64,000 nt of DNA from Candidatus Pampinifervens sinense (GCA_037927135.1 JAXSPP010000003.1:1-64000); one strand, 5' to 3'; positions 31,260 through 40,407 are shown, counted from the stretch's first letter. Program-made: numbers and translations. Notes: a model not told the origin generated them from the sequence alone.

Positions 31260-33348
31260 TCTTTACCCTCTCCATCCTTTCTCTTACCACCTTTAACTCC
31301 TTCTCATCCTCCACAAGGCCCTTTGGACAGGCGTTGTTGACGATAAGCCTTACCCATCCCGGTGGCAACGGAACCTTACTCCAAGGCCTACCCTCTCCTT
31401 CTCCAATGTAAACGTCTATAAAGCTCCTCTGACAGTTTATCGGGCACCAGTGGCACACCGTATCTTTTGAGGTGGTGGCCCTGTAGGTAAGCTCCTCTAT
31501 TTTTGAAAAGCCTCTAAAGTTGGTTTTTCCATGTTTTTGATAATGCTCTAAGGCTATAAGGGCTGCGCCTATGGCGCCAGCCTCACCAGAATAGGGATGC
31601 ACATAGATTTCTGCCTCCGGCACCTTGGACCTTATAAAGTCTATCTGAGCCTTTACCACCGCAAGGTTTCTGTGCGTTCCACCTTGCAGGATAAACTTTT
31701 TGCCCACCTGGGCCAGGTTGTTTATGTTGCCCGCATAGACCCACACGTTCAAGGGCAAAACATGACAAAGGCCTGCCAAAATTTCTTCCGCCTTCCAGCC
31801 CTTCCTCTGCTGGTTTACTATGTCGCTCTGGAGAAAAACGCCACAGCCCATGGTGAAGTTGGGCATGGCCTTGGCTGAGAAGGCCCTATCCGCTATCTCC
31901 TCCAAAGGTATGTTAAACCTTTCTGCCACACCTTGAAGGAAGGCACCGTTGCCCGAAGAACACTGAGAGTTTAGCCTAAAGTCCACCACAGAACCCTGCC
32001 TTAGTATCATTATCTTCACATCCACACCGCCCACATCGCATATACAGTCCGCATCGGGGAAGAAGTGAAGGCCCGCCGTGGCATGGGCCACCGTTTCCAC
32101 CACAGCCACATCCGCACCCAGAATATCTTTAAGTAGGTCCTTGCCATAGCCCGTCAGGCCAAGGGCCAAAACCTTCCCATCACCAAGATAATCCCTTATC
32201 CTTCTAAATATCTCCTTTGCATCCTCTATAGGGTTTCCTTTGCTCAATGTGTAGCAAGAGAAAACTATCTCCTTTTCCGGTGTTATGCATACGGCCTTTG
32301 CCGTTGTAGAACCAAAATCACAGCCTATTATGACCTCTCTTGCCTTCTTTGGCACTATGCGGTTTTCCACAACGTAAGAATACTTTCTCTTGAACTCCTC
32401 AAGCTCTTCTTCTGAACTTACAAGCCCCCTCTTCCCTTCCTTTAGCTTCTGCTCATACTGGCCCTCCTCCACCCACCACCTTAGCCTTTCATGACCCATA
32501 TATACTCCTCCCTCCTCCTCAAGGGCTGTAAAGACACAGCCAAGGCTGGCATAATAGAGGGAGTTTTCCGGCACTATTACAAGCTTTTCCATGTCTTCCT
32601 TGCTAAAGTCTCCCACACCCCTTTCCTTCCAAAGCCTTTGAAGGTGAACCCTCCACGCCTGCTGAAGGCCCTTAAAGAAGAGGTTAGGACCACCTAAAAG
32701 AAGGACCTTTGGAAGGGGAGTGTTTCCTTTTGTGAGCTGGGCCAAATTTTGATAGACTACAGCCTCAAAGAGGGAGGCTATTATCTCTTCCACTGGAACG
32801 CCCGCCTTTACAAGGGAATTCACATCCGCCTCTGCAAAGATGCCACACTTGGAGCTTATACGGTGGAGTGTATAGCCCTCATAGTCCATCTGGGATAACA
32901 CCTCTGGTGGTATGCCAAGCTTTCTGCCCACCTTTTCTATAAAGGTGCCCGTTCCTCCAGCGCAAGCATTCTGCATATACACCTGTTTGCTCTTTTTCCC
33001 CTCCTGCTCCTTTATGAAGATGGTCTTCATGTCCTCCCCGCCTATCTCGCTCACAAACCTCACGTCAGGATGCAACCTTTCTACCGCCGTGGCAACGGCC
33101 ACCACCTCCTGCACAAACCTTGCACCTATTAGCTCCCCTATAAAGCCACCACCGGAGCCCGTCATATAAACCCTGTCCCTTCCGGGTTTTAAGCCATATT
33201 GACCTTCTAGCCTTAGGAGAAACTCCAAAACCTTTTCCGCCTGCCTTGTGTTATGCCTCTCATAGGCCTTGTCAAGGATGTTCCCCTTTTCATCCGTCAA
33301 AACATACTTACAGGTGGTGCTTCCCACATCTATACCAAGCAAAAGCAT
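31186..33348 (-). CDS. Tandem ASKHA (BadF/BadG/BcrA/BcrD) CoA-enzyme activase with Fe-S cysteines
   Basis: GIDVGSTT, EIGGED.K, CAGGTG, CGIFA; second repeat DFGSTT, DVGGVD.K, CSSGNG, CGVF; CHWCPINC. Confidence 0.88.
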   Translation of the reverse strand: MLLLGIDVGSTTCKYVLTDEKGNILDKAYERHNTRQAEKVLEFLLRLEGQYGLKPGRDRVYMTGSGGGFIGELIGARFVQEVVAVATAVERLHPDVRFVSEIGGEDMKTIFIKEQEGKKSKQVYMQNACAGGTGTFIEKVGRKLGIPPEVLSQMDYEGYTLHRISSKCGIFAEADVNSLVKAGVPVEEIIASLFEAVVYQNLAQLTKGNTPLPKVLLLGGPNLFFKGLQQAWRVHLQRLWKERGVGDFSKEDMEKLVIVPENSLYYASLGCVFTALEEEGGVYMGHERLRWWVEEGQYEQKLKEGKRGLVSSEEELEEFKRKYSYVVENRIVPKKAREVIIGCDFGSTTAKAVCITPEKEIVFSCYTLSKGNPIEDAKEIFRRIRDYLGDGKVLALGLTGYGKDLLKDILGADVAVVETVAHATAGLHFFPDADCICDVGGVDVKIMILRQGSVVDFRLNSQCSSGNGAFLQGVAERFNIPLEEIADRAFSAKAMPNFTMGCGVFLQSDIVNQQRKGWKAEEILAGLCHVLPLNVWVYAGNINNLAQVGKKFILQGGTHRNLAVVKAQIDFIRSKVPEAEIYVHPYSGEAGAIGAALIALEHYQKHGKTNFRGFSKIEELTYRATTSKDTVCHWCPINCQRSFIDVYIGEGEGRPWSKVPLPPGWVRLIVNNACPKGLVEDEKELKVVRERMERVKNEFPNIADLVKKEAFRVPARQKVH

Positions 33349-33350
33349 GG

Positions 33351-34862
33351 CTACACCCTACCCATAAGCTTGGCCACATGCATCACGTAGTTGCTGGCAG
33401 TGCCTGCATACCCATAGTGAGGCACCCTATAGGTGGCTTTTTTTAGCTCAGGATGCTTTTCTTCAAAGTCCCTTATATCTTCTACCGTTAGGCCTGTCCT
33501 TTCTAGCACCTCTTCAAACTCCTCCCTTGCTCTCCTTTTGGCCTCCGTTAGTATCATCTGACATCTTGAGTAGGCATGAACCTCCGCATCTCCCTTTATC
33601 TCAATGGGTGCATAAAGTAGGTCCGGGTAGTCTCCTAAAACCTTTGCCATGGCACCTATGGACATGGTATTGGGCAAACACCCATAGGGAGAAAGCTCGC
33701 ATATCATATGGGCCTGCTTTTTCTTATAGGCATACAGGGCCTTCCCTATTAGCATGTGGCCTTCCCCACCGGTAAGCCTGTAATAAAAGTATGGCCTTGC
33801 CAGCTCTTTCAGCTCCCTCTGGTCTGGCAGTGGGTTTGGTATGTTGTTCAAAGCCTTCCTTAGCCTGTTGTAGACAAACCTATAAAGGTAGGCTATTGTA
33901 CCTATGGCCAGCTTTTTAAGGTAATAGTTCTTGACAAAGCCCTTGGCATCCTCAAGCTTGAAGAGCTCCATGTTTATAAGGTAGTCCATCCAAACGGCTA
34001 TAGGCGGTGGGATCACCTCGGCCCCTTCCTTCTCCAGCCACCTCTTTATGTTGTAATTTCCATCCCCCTCATGGGTCTGAAGCCAAAACTCACCCGTTAT
34101 TTTAACCTTTGGCTTTACCCTTAGCCTGTCTACCTCCACCTCATCCCAAAGGCTTTTTACCTCTTTTAGAGCCTTTACAAAGTAGTCTGTAAACACATGC
34201 CAAAGGAGAGAATCCAGCTTTTTGCCCTTTATGGGCCTGTTTTTTAGCCTCTCATAGAGCAGTTCTATGCTCTCCTTTACCACCCTGTCCGTTTGCCCCT
34301 CCTTTACCTCATAGGGCCTTGTGGCATACTCCATATCGGTGATAAGATCTCCCAAAAACATGGCGTATACAAGGCCAAAGGTCAAAGGCATGTTTATCTC
34401 AAGGCCTCCCCCCGGCGCAGACTGCTCCATCTGAAGTAGGTCCAAAAGGAATAGCCTAAAGTCCCTAAGGTTTAAGCCCTCAAGGACCCTCTCATAGGAC
34501 TCGTGGTATTGGCCAAATCTACAAGGACCACAGGCACCTACCGTGACAAATATGTATTTGTTTTTTACAGCCTCCTCCCCTTCCTTTTCTCTAATATTTA
34601 TAAGCGTCCTTGCCAAGTTGCCCGCGGTAAAGGTGGTAGGACAGCATGCCCCCACATCTATGTATTCCTTTCCAATGTCTAGGTCCACCCTTTCTATCTG
34701 GGGCAAAGGCTGTGCCCTATAACCCATCCTTTCCAGAGAGCCTTGTATCAATCTTTCATGCTTCCAGGTTAGACCTCCGAAGAGTATGGTGGTGTGAGGC
34801 CTCTCCTCCTTTGTAAAAGGCCTTGGTCTGTAGGCTCTATAGTGAACCTCCCTTACTTCCAT
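33351..34862 (-). CDS. 2-hydroxyacyl-CoA dehydratase / PlsR-like Fe-S protein
   Basis: ACCP, CGPCRFGQY, ITGEFW, GGEG, PYGCLPN; SD GAGGAGG before ATG 34862. Confidence 0.8.
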   Translation of the reverse strand: MEVREVHYRAYRPRPFTKEERPHTTILFGGLTWKHERLIQGSLERMGYRAQPLPQIERVDLDIGKEYIDVGACCPTTFTAGNLARTLINIREKEGEEAVKNKYIFVTVGACGPCRFGQYHESYERVLEGLNLRDFRLFLLDLLQMEQSAPGGGLEINMPLTFGLVYAMFLGDLITDMEYATRPYEVKEGQTDRVVKESIELLYERLKNRPIKGKKLDSLLWHVFTDYFVKALKEVKSLWDEVEVDRLRVKPKVKITGEFWLQTHEGDGNYNIKRWLEKEGAEVIPPPIAVWMDYLINMELFKLEDAKGFVKNYYLKKLAIGTIAYLYRFVYNRLRKALNNIPNPLPDQRELKELARPYFYYRLTGGEGHMLIGKALYAYKKKQAHMICELSPYGCLPNTMSIGAMAKVLGDYPDLLYAPIEIKGDAEVHAYSRCQMILTEAKRRAREEFEEVLERTGLTVEDIRDFEEKHPELKKATYRVPHYGYAGTASNYVMHVAKLMGRV

Positions 34863-34947
34863 AGGAACCCTCCTCAATTTTTTTAGAAAATTTATACCTT
34901 AAAGGTAAGATTTCTTTATGGTTTTAATCATATGCTATAATAGGCTT

Positions 34948-36147
34948 ATGCCCAAAAGGGTTATCCTTGCCTATTCTGGTGGTTTGGACACATCTGTAAT
35001 AGTGAGATGGCTCACCGATAGGGGCTATGAGGTCATAACCTACACGGCCGACGTGGGTCAAGGTGAAGAGCTCTCTGAAATTCCTTCCAAGGCAAAGGCT
35101 GCTGGTGCCGTAGAGGCTATAGTGGAGGACCTAAAGGAGGAGTTTGCAAGAGAATACTGCCTTCCTACCCTTAGGGCTTTGGCCCTCTATGAGGGTAAAT
35201 ATCCTCTTACCGCAAGCCTCTCAAGGCCCCTCATTGCCAAAAAGCTTGTAGAGTATGCGGAAAAGTTTGGTGCGGACTATGTGGCCCATGGCTCCACCGG
35301 TAAGGGAAACGATCAGGTTAGGTTTGAGCTTTCTGTCTGGGCCCTAAATCCAGACATTGAGGTGCTGGCACCGGTTAGAGAGTGGGAGTTCAAATCAAGG
35401 GAAGAAGAGGTAGAATATGCCCTAAGACATAAAATACCTGTGAAGGCCACAAAGGAAAAGCCCTATTCTATAGACAAAAACCTTTGGGGAATTTCCATTG
35501 AATGTGGACCTTTGGAGGACCCATGGGAAGAGCCACCAGAAGACGCCTTTGAATGGACACAAAGCCCTCAAAAGGCTCCAGAGGAGCCAGAGTATATAGA
35601 GATAGAGTTTGAGGAGGGTGTGCCAGTTGGCATAAATAGCAGAAGGTATGAAAAGCTTAGCCAGCTTATCCTTGACCTCAACCTCATAGCAGGAAGGCAT
35701 GGCATTGGCAGGATAGATATGGTGGAAAACAGGCTTGTGGGCATAAAGAGCAGGGAGGTCTATGAAGCACCCGGCGCAACGGTGCTTTATGAAGCTTACA
35801 GGGACCTTCTTTCCCTCGTTCTTGACCGATTTACCTTCCACTACTTTTTGACCCATATCCCCCATGAGTATGCCAAGGTGGTCTATGAGGGCCTTTGGTT
35901 TTCACCCTTGAGAGAGGCCCTAGACGCTTTTACCTCAAGGCTTGCCAAGTATGTAAACGGTAAAGTGAGGCTAAAGCTTTACAAGGGTCATGTGCAGGTG
36001 GTAGGAAGGATCTCACCCAACAGCCTTTATGTGGAGGACCTTGCCACCTATTCAGAAAGGGATGCCTTTGACCACAAGGCTGGCGCCAACTTTACCAAGG
36101 TCTTTGGCCTGCCCCTGAAGGTCTTGGGAAGGGTAAGGAAAAGATGA
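34948..36147 (+). CDS. argG: Argininosuccinate synthase
   Basis: AYSGGLDTS, HGSTGKGNDQVRFE, GIKSREVYEAP. Confidence 0.97.
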   Translation: MPKRVILAYSGGLDTSVIVRWLTDRGYEVITYTADVGQGEELSEIPSKAKAAGAVEAIVEDLKEEFAREYCLPTLRALALYEGKYPLTASLSRPLIAKKLVEYAEKFGADYVAHGSTGKGNDQVRFELSVWALNPDIEVLAPVREWEFKSREEEVEYALRHKIPVKATKEKPYSIDKNLWGISIECGPLEDPWEEPPEDAFEWTQSPQKAPEEPEYIEIEFEEGVPVGINSRRYEKLSQLILDLNLIAGRHGIGRIDMVENRLVGIKSREVYEAPGATVLYEAYRDLLSLVLDRFTFHYFLTHIPHEYAKVVYEGLWFSPLREALDAFTSRLAKYVNGKVRLKLYKGHVQVVGRISPNSLYVEDLATYSERDAFDHKAGANFTKVFGLPLKVLGRVRKR

Positions 36148-36806
36148 TGCTTATAGCGGTGCCTCTTTCGGACAAAAACTTTGAAGAAAATCTAAGGCTA
36201 TGCAAAGAAGAGGGTGCGGACATAATAGAGCTTAGGGTGGACCTCTTTGAAAACAAGGATCCAGACTTTGTGCTAGAATGCATAAAAAGGGTTCAAAGCA
36301 TAGGACTTAAAACCATACTAACTGTAAGGAGTGAAAAGGAAGGGGGGACAAAGGTAGAAAATAGGCTGGACATATTCAAGGCCTGCGCACCCCAAAGCGA
36401 CTACACGGACATAGAGCTCTCCTCCAGAGAAATCCTCCCTTATGTGAAGGAAATAGTCAAAAGCTCTGGTAAAAAGCTCATCATCTCTTACCACAACTTT
36501 GATCTTACACCACCCAATTGGATACTAAGAGAGATATTCAGAGAAGCAAAAAGGTGGTCTGCGGACATTGTAAAGATAGCGGTGAAGGCCAACTCTTATG
36601 AGGATACGGCAAGGCTTTTGTGCCTTGGAAGGGAAGAGGAGGGAGAAAAGATTCTCATAGCCATGGGGGACTATGGAAAAGTATCAAGGGTAGCTGGCTT
36701 TGTCTTTGGCTCTGTTATAACCTATTCCTTTGTGGGCTCTGCTGTAGCACCGGGGCAGATAGAATTGAGGGAGATGGTAAGGATTAGGTCCCTTCTTTTC
36801 TCTTAA
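36144..36806 (+). CDS. aroD: Type I 3-dehydroquinate dehydratase
   Basis: ELRVD, TVRSEKEGG, SYHNF..TP, KIA, APGQ. Confidence 0.94.
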   Translation: MMLIAVPLSDKNFEENLRLCKEEGADIIELRVDLFENKDPDFVLECIKRVQSIGLKTILTVRSEKEGGTKVENRLDIFKACAPQSDYTDIELSSREILPYVKEIVKSSGKKLIISYHNFDLTPPNWILREIFREAKRWSADIVKIAVKANSYEDTARLLCLGREEEGEKILIAMGDYGKVSRVAGFVFGSVITYSFVGSAVAPGQIELREMVRIRSLLFS

Positions 36807-37125
36807 GGTCTATAAACTCCACCTCCTTATAGTAGGTGGGTCTAAAGAATATCCAGTGCTTTAAGTTCTCCGGTGTTTTTGAATAGCAAACCTCACAGAG
36901 GAGGCCTTCCTGCGTTATCTTTGAGTTGTCATCACAGCAGTCTGTGAGGTTCCAAAACTCGTAGTTGTCATGAAAGATAAGCTTACCGCAAGAAAGGCAC
37001 TCATAGAGCCTACAGCCCTTTGAGGCCAAAAAATCTTCAAGCTCCATATCTTCTGGCAGGCTTTCAAGCTCAAAGACATTCTTTAAAAACTCCTTCTGTC
37101 TTTCTTCAAGCTCTCTTATCCTCAT
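36784..37125 (-). CDS. Cys-rich hypothetical protein
   Basis: CLSC...CC...CEVC; SD AGGTGA; last gene of the fur-slt run. Confidence 0.75.
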   Translation of the reverse strand: MRIRELEERQKEFLKNVFELESLPEDMELEDFLASKGCRLYECLSCGKLIFHDNYEFWNLTDCCDDNSKITQEGLLCEVCYSKTPENLKHWIFFRPTYYKEVEFIDLKRKEGT

Positions 37126-37129
37126 GTCT

Positions 37130-37645
37130 TCACCTAAAGAGGGAAATCTTTTCAAAGACGCCCTTTACATAGTCCCAGTTGTTTGCCCTTAGCCCGTTGT
37201 ATGCTTTGACAGCCATCACCCAGTTTCCAAACCTTTTGAAGTTCTCATAGAGTATCCTTGCACCTATCTCTATGTTGGTCTCTATATCATAAAGCTGGTC
37301 TGGGTTTTCTATGCCATACTCCTTCATAAGCCTTAGATTGTGCTGGTAATTGACCTGCATAAGGCCCCTGTCTTCTGTGCCGTCCTTGTTTTTGTTGTAA
37401 GCCCATGGGTTGAAGTTGCTCTCCTGCTTTATGATGGCAAGGATTAGCTCTTTTGGTATGGAGTATTTTTGTGAGACCTCTTCCACCTTTGCCTTTATTC
37501 TGGCGTCTATGGGTATATCTATCTTGGGTTCCTTGTTATTGATTCCACCTATGGCAGACTGAAGATAAAAACTAAAGTCTTCTCTTGGCTTTATATGTGC
37601 TTCCCTTGTGGTCTTGAGCTCTAGCTTCCAGCCTTCCACCCTCAT
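37130..37645 (-). CDS. Lytic transglycosylase (SLT domain)
   Basis: AIIKQESNFNP, GLMQVN, NIEIGA, AYNG. Confidence 0.9.
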   Translation of the reverse strand: MRVEGWKLELKTTREAHIKPREDFSFYLQSAIGGINNKEPKIDIPIDARIKAKVEEVSQKYSIPKELILAIIKQESNFNPWAYNKNKDGTEDRGLMQVNYQHNLRLMKEYGIENPDQLYDIETNIEIGARILYENFKRFGNWVMAVKAYNGLRANNWDYVKGVFEKISLFR

Positions 37646-38088
37646 GTCTTTTTTCCCTTACACTCCGAACATACACCAAAGATCTCAAGCCTGTGATTTA
37701 GAGGAGTAAAGTCGTGCTCTTCGCATACCTTGTCTTGTAGCTCCTCTATTTCCTCCTTGTAAAACTCTATAATCTTCCCACATTCAACGCATATAAGATG
37801 CTCATGGTGGGGCTTTCCAGCAACAAACTCGTATATGGTCCTGTTTCCAAGCTTTATAACCTCCCTTATGGCTCCAAACTCCTGAAGAAGTCTGACCGTT
37901 CTATAAACGGTGGACCTGCTGGCTATGGACCTGTCCTGATTGGCAATCCACCTCACCAGCTCCTCTATCTCAAAATGAGGACCATAGCTGGCTATCTTAT
38001 CAATTATCTCAAACCTGCCCTTTGTTACCTTATAGCCCTTCTGTCTCAAAAACTGCTCAAATTTACTCTTTAACTCTTCCAACTGCAT
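37642..38088 (-). CDS. fur: Ferric uptake regulator family protein
   Basis: STVYRT, HHEHLICVECG, C-terminal CSEC. Confidence 0.9.
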   Translation of the reverse strand: MQLEELKSKFEQFLRQKGYKVTKGRFEIIDKIASYGPHFEIEELVRWIANQDRSIASRSTVYRTVRLLQEFGAIREVIKLGNRTIYEFVAGKPHHEHLICVECGKIIEFYKEEIEELQDKVCEEHDFTPLNHRLEIFGVCSECKGKKT

Positions 38089-38105
38089 GGCATATAATAT
38101 AAGCT

Positions 38106-38125
38106 AAATGAATATCATTTTCAAT
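38106..38125. promoter_or_regulatory. Fur-box-like site between fur and thiE
   Basis: AAATGAATATCATTTTCAAT; reverse strand reads TGAAAAT-G-ATATTCA versus consensus TGATAAT-N-ATTATCA. Confidence 0.5.
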
Positions 38126-38136
38126 AGGAGGTTTAG

Positions 38137-38799
38137 ATGAAGAAGCCCAACTTGACCCTTTACCTTGTAACCGATGATAGATACTTTCAAGACAGGGACC
38201 TTGTCTCTACCATAGAGGCGGCCATAAGGGGTGGCATAACAGCCCTTCAGTATAGGTTCAAAAACAAAAGCACAAGGCAGATGTATGAGGAGCTTTTGGT
38301 GCTAAGGGAGCTCACCAGAAGGTATGGTGTGGACTTGGTGGTAAACGACAGGGTGGACCTTGCCCTTGCGGTAGAGGCCGACGGTGTGCATGTGGGCCAA
38401 GAGGACCTGCCACCCGATGTGGTAAGAAAGCTTGTGGGAGACAAGATGTACATAGGCTATTCGGTAAATTCGGTAGATAAGCTAAGAGAAGTGGAGCATC
38501 TTCCCATAGACTACATAGGCTTTGGCTCTATCTATGATACTACCACAAAGGAAAACTATAAGCTTGTGGGCATTGAAGGCCTACGCCAGGCTGTAAAGCT
38601 CACTTCCAAGCCCATAGTGGCCATAGGTGGTATAACCCATTATAGGGTGGGAGAGGTGCTTCAGGCTGGTGCAAAGGGTATAGCGGTAGTCTCGGCCATA
38701 CTTGGCTTTGAGGATGTGGAAAAGGCCACAAGGAGCCTAGTGGAGGCCATGAAAAGCTACTACAGGAAGGCCATGCATGAAGGTTTTATATCTCCTTGA
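38137..38799 (+). CDS. thiE: Thiamine-phosphate synthase
   Basis: LYLVTD, QYRFK, VNDRVD, GVHVGQED, AIGGI. Confidence 0.93.
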   Translation: MKKPNLTLYLVTDDRYFQDRDLVSTIEAAIRGGITALQYRFKNKSTRQMYEELLVLRELTRRYGVDLVVNDRVDLALAVEADGVHVGQEDLPPDVVRKLVGDKMYIGYSVNSVDKLREVEHLPIDYIGFGSIYDTTTKENYKLVGIEGLRQAVKLTSKPIVAIGGITHYRVGEVLQAGAKGIAVVSAILGFEDVEKATRSLVEAMKSYYRKAMHEGFISP

Positions 38800-39646
38800 C
38801 GGCTCTGCCTTTCTTTATAGAAGCTTTTTTGCCCTACCACCCCTTTCTACCTCAAAGGGCTTTCCCACCGGTGCCATATACGGCTTTATGAGGGCCATCT
38901 TTGCCCTTCTGAAGACGGAAAAGCCTGTCTATTTTGCCATAGCCTTTGACCTTCCAGCGCCTACAAAAAGGGAAAGCCTATACAGGGAATACAAGGCCAA
39001 AAGGCCCACCATGCCAGACCCACTAAAGGTGCAAATACCGGTTATAAAGGAGCTTGTGGACCTTCTTGGCATAAAAAGGTATGAGATAGAAGGCTACGAG
39101 GCCGACGATATAATAGCCACACTGGCTTTGAGAGCCCTTGAGAAGGGCTTTTTTGTAAAGGTTTACTCTCCGGACAAGGACATAATGCAACTGGTGGGCG
39201 ACAGGCTTGTGGTGATAAACCCCATAAGCGGTGAGGTCTTTGACAAAAAGAAGGTTTTGGAGAAGTTTGGAGTTCCACCGGAGAAGCTAAAGGACTATTT
39301 GGCCCTTGTGGGCGATAAGGTGGACAACATAGAAGGAGTAAAAGGCGTTGGGCCAAAGACGGCCATAAGGCTACTCCAGCAGTATGGAAGCGTGGAAAAC
39401 ATCCTAAGAAATTGGGAGGACTTTAGGCTTTCCTTCCCTCAGGCAAAGAAGGAAGACCTTGAGCTTGCCTTGGCCTTGCTTGAGCTACACACAGTGGAAG
39501 GCCTTGACTTTGATGAAGAGAGTTTAAAGCTAAAGGAGCCGAACATACCAGCCCTAAGAAAGAAGTTTGAAGAGCTTGAGATGAAAAGCCTTATAAAGGA
39601 GCTAGAAAACCTTTCAAAGAGGGTAGCCCAAAGGAGCCTCTTCTAA
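38777..39646 (+). CDS. Stand-alone 5'-3' exonuclease / flap endonuclease (Pol I N-terminal domain)
   Basis: LLDGS..LYRSFFA, YKAKR, EADDII, DKD, GDKVDNIEGVKGVGPKTA. Confidence 0.92.
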   Translation: MKVLYLLDGSAFLYRSFFALPPLSTSKGFPTGAIYGFMRAIFALLKTEKPVYFAIAFDLPAPTKRESLYREYKAKRPTMPDPLKVQIPVIKELVDLLGIKRYEIEGYEADDIIATLALRALEKGFFVKVYSPDKDIMQLVGDRLVVINPISGEVFDKKKVLEKFGVPPEKLKDYLALVGDKVDNIEGVKGVGPKTAIRLLQQYGSVENILRNWEDFRLSFPQAKKEDLELALALLELHTVEGLDFDEESLKLKEPNIPALRKKFEELEMKSLIKELENLSKRVAQRSLF

Positions 39647-40365
39647 AAGCTTTGGTTGAACCTCTCATAAAGGCTGTCCAAGGACCTTATGAGGTTTGCG
39701 TAGGTCTCGTGGACCCTGTGGGTTTGTATAAGGTTTGCCATCTCAAGTATGGGGTTCACGTTGGACATCTCAAGGTATCCTTGAAGGATCCTGAAGTTTT
39801 GCGCTGGCTGAGGCTGGCCTAAAAAGAGGTCCCTTCCTATCTTTTGAGGGTTTTCAAGCCTGAAGATGCCAAGGGTTGCCACCTGCACGTTGTTTACAAA
39901 AACAGACCCATCCCTTCCAAAGGTAGGCACTCCCTCAAGCCTGATTTCATTCAAGTTCTGGTCAAGGACTCTGTAGCCAAGTTCGTTTACCAAAAAGCCG
40001 TCCCTATCAAGCCTGAAGTTTCCCTTCCTTGTATAAAAAACCTCCTGCCCTCTCCTTACAGCAAAAAAGCCCTCACCCTCTATGGCAAGGTCAAGGGGGT
40101 TGGAAGTCTGCCTGATAGGGCCTTGAGAGAGGTCTGTAAAGACCCTTTCTATTATGGGATAAAGGAAGTTATTGTTTGGGTTTTGAGGGTCCGTATCCAT
40201 TATCCTTTGACCCATCGGTGTTTCCCAAAGGCTTGCAAGCATGAGGTCCCTTTTAAAGGAAGGTGTATCCACGTTGGCAAGGTTGTTGGTGATGACCTCC
40301 AGCTTTCTCTGCTGGAGGAGCATACCGCTTGAGAGGATATAAAGGGGCTGGTATTCTATGGCCAT
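39643..40365 (-). CDS. flgF: Flagellar basal-body rod protein, FlgF/FlgG family
   Basis: ITNNLANVDTP, NPLDLAIEGEGFF, YTRKGNF, LEMSNVN. Confidence 0.82.
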   Translation of the reverse strand: MAIEYQPLYILSSGMLLQQRKLEVITNNLANVDTPSFKRDLMLASLWETPMGQRIMDTDPQNPNNNFLYPIIERVFTDLSQGPIRQTSNPLDLAIEGEGFFAVRRGQEVFYTRKGNFRLDRDGFLVNELGYRVLDQNLNEIRLEGVPTFGRDGSVFVNNVQVATLGIFRLENPQKIGRDLFLGQPQPAQNFRILQGYLEMSNVNPILEMANLIQTHRVHETYANLIRSLDSLYERFNQSF

Positions 40366-40407
40366 TTCTTCCCTCCTTCCTTTTTGGAATATTTTAAAAT
40401 AAAGCTT

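Noticed and set aside
38777-39646. Truncated polA pseudogene
   Set aside because: The domain is intact with a clean stop, and a split Pol I is normal in this lineage
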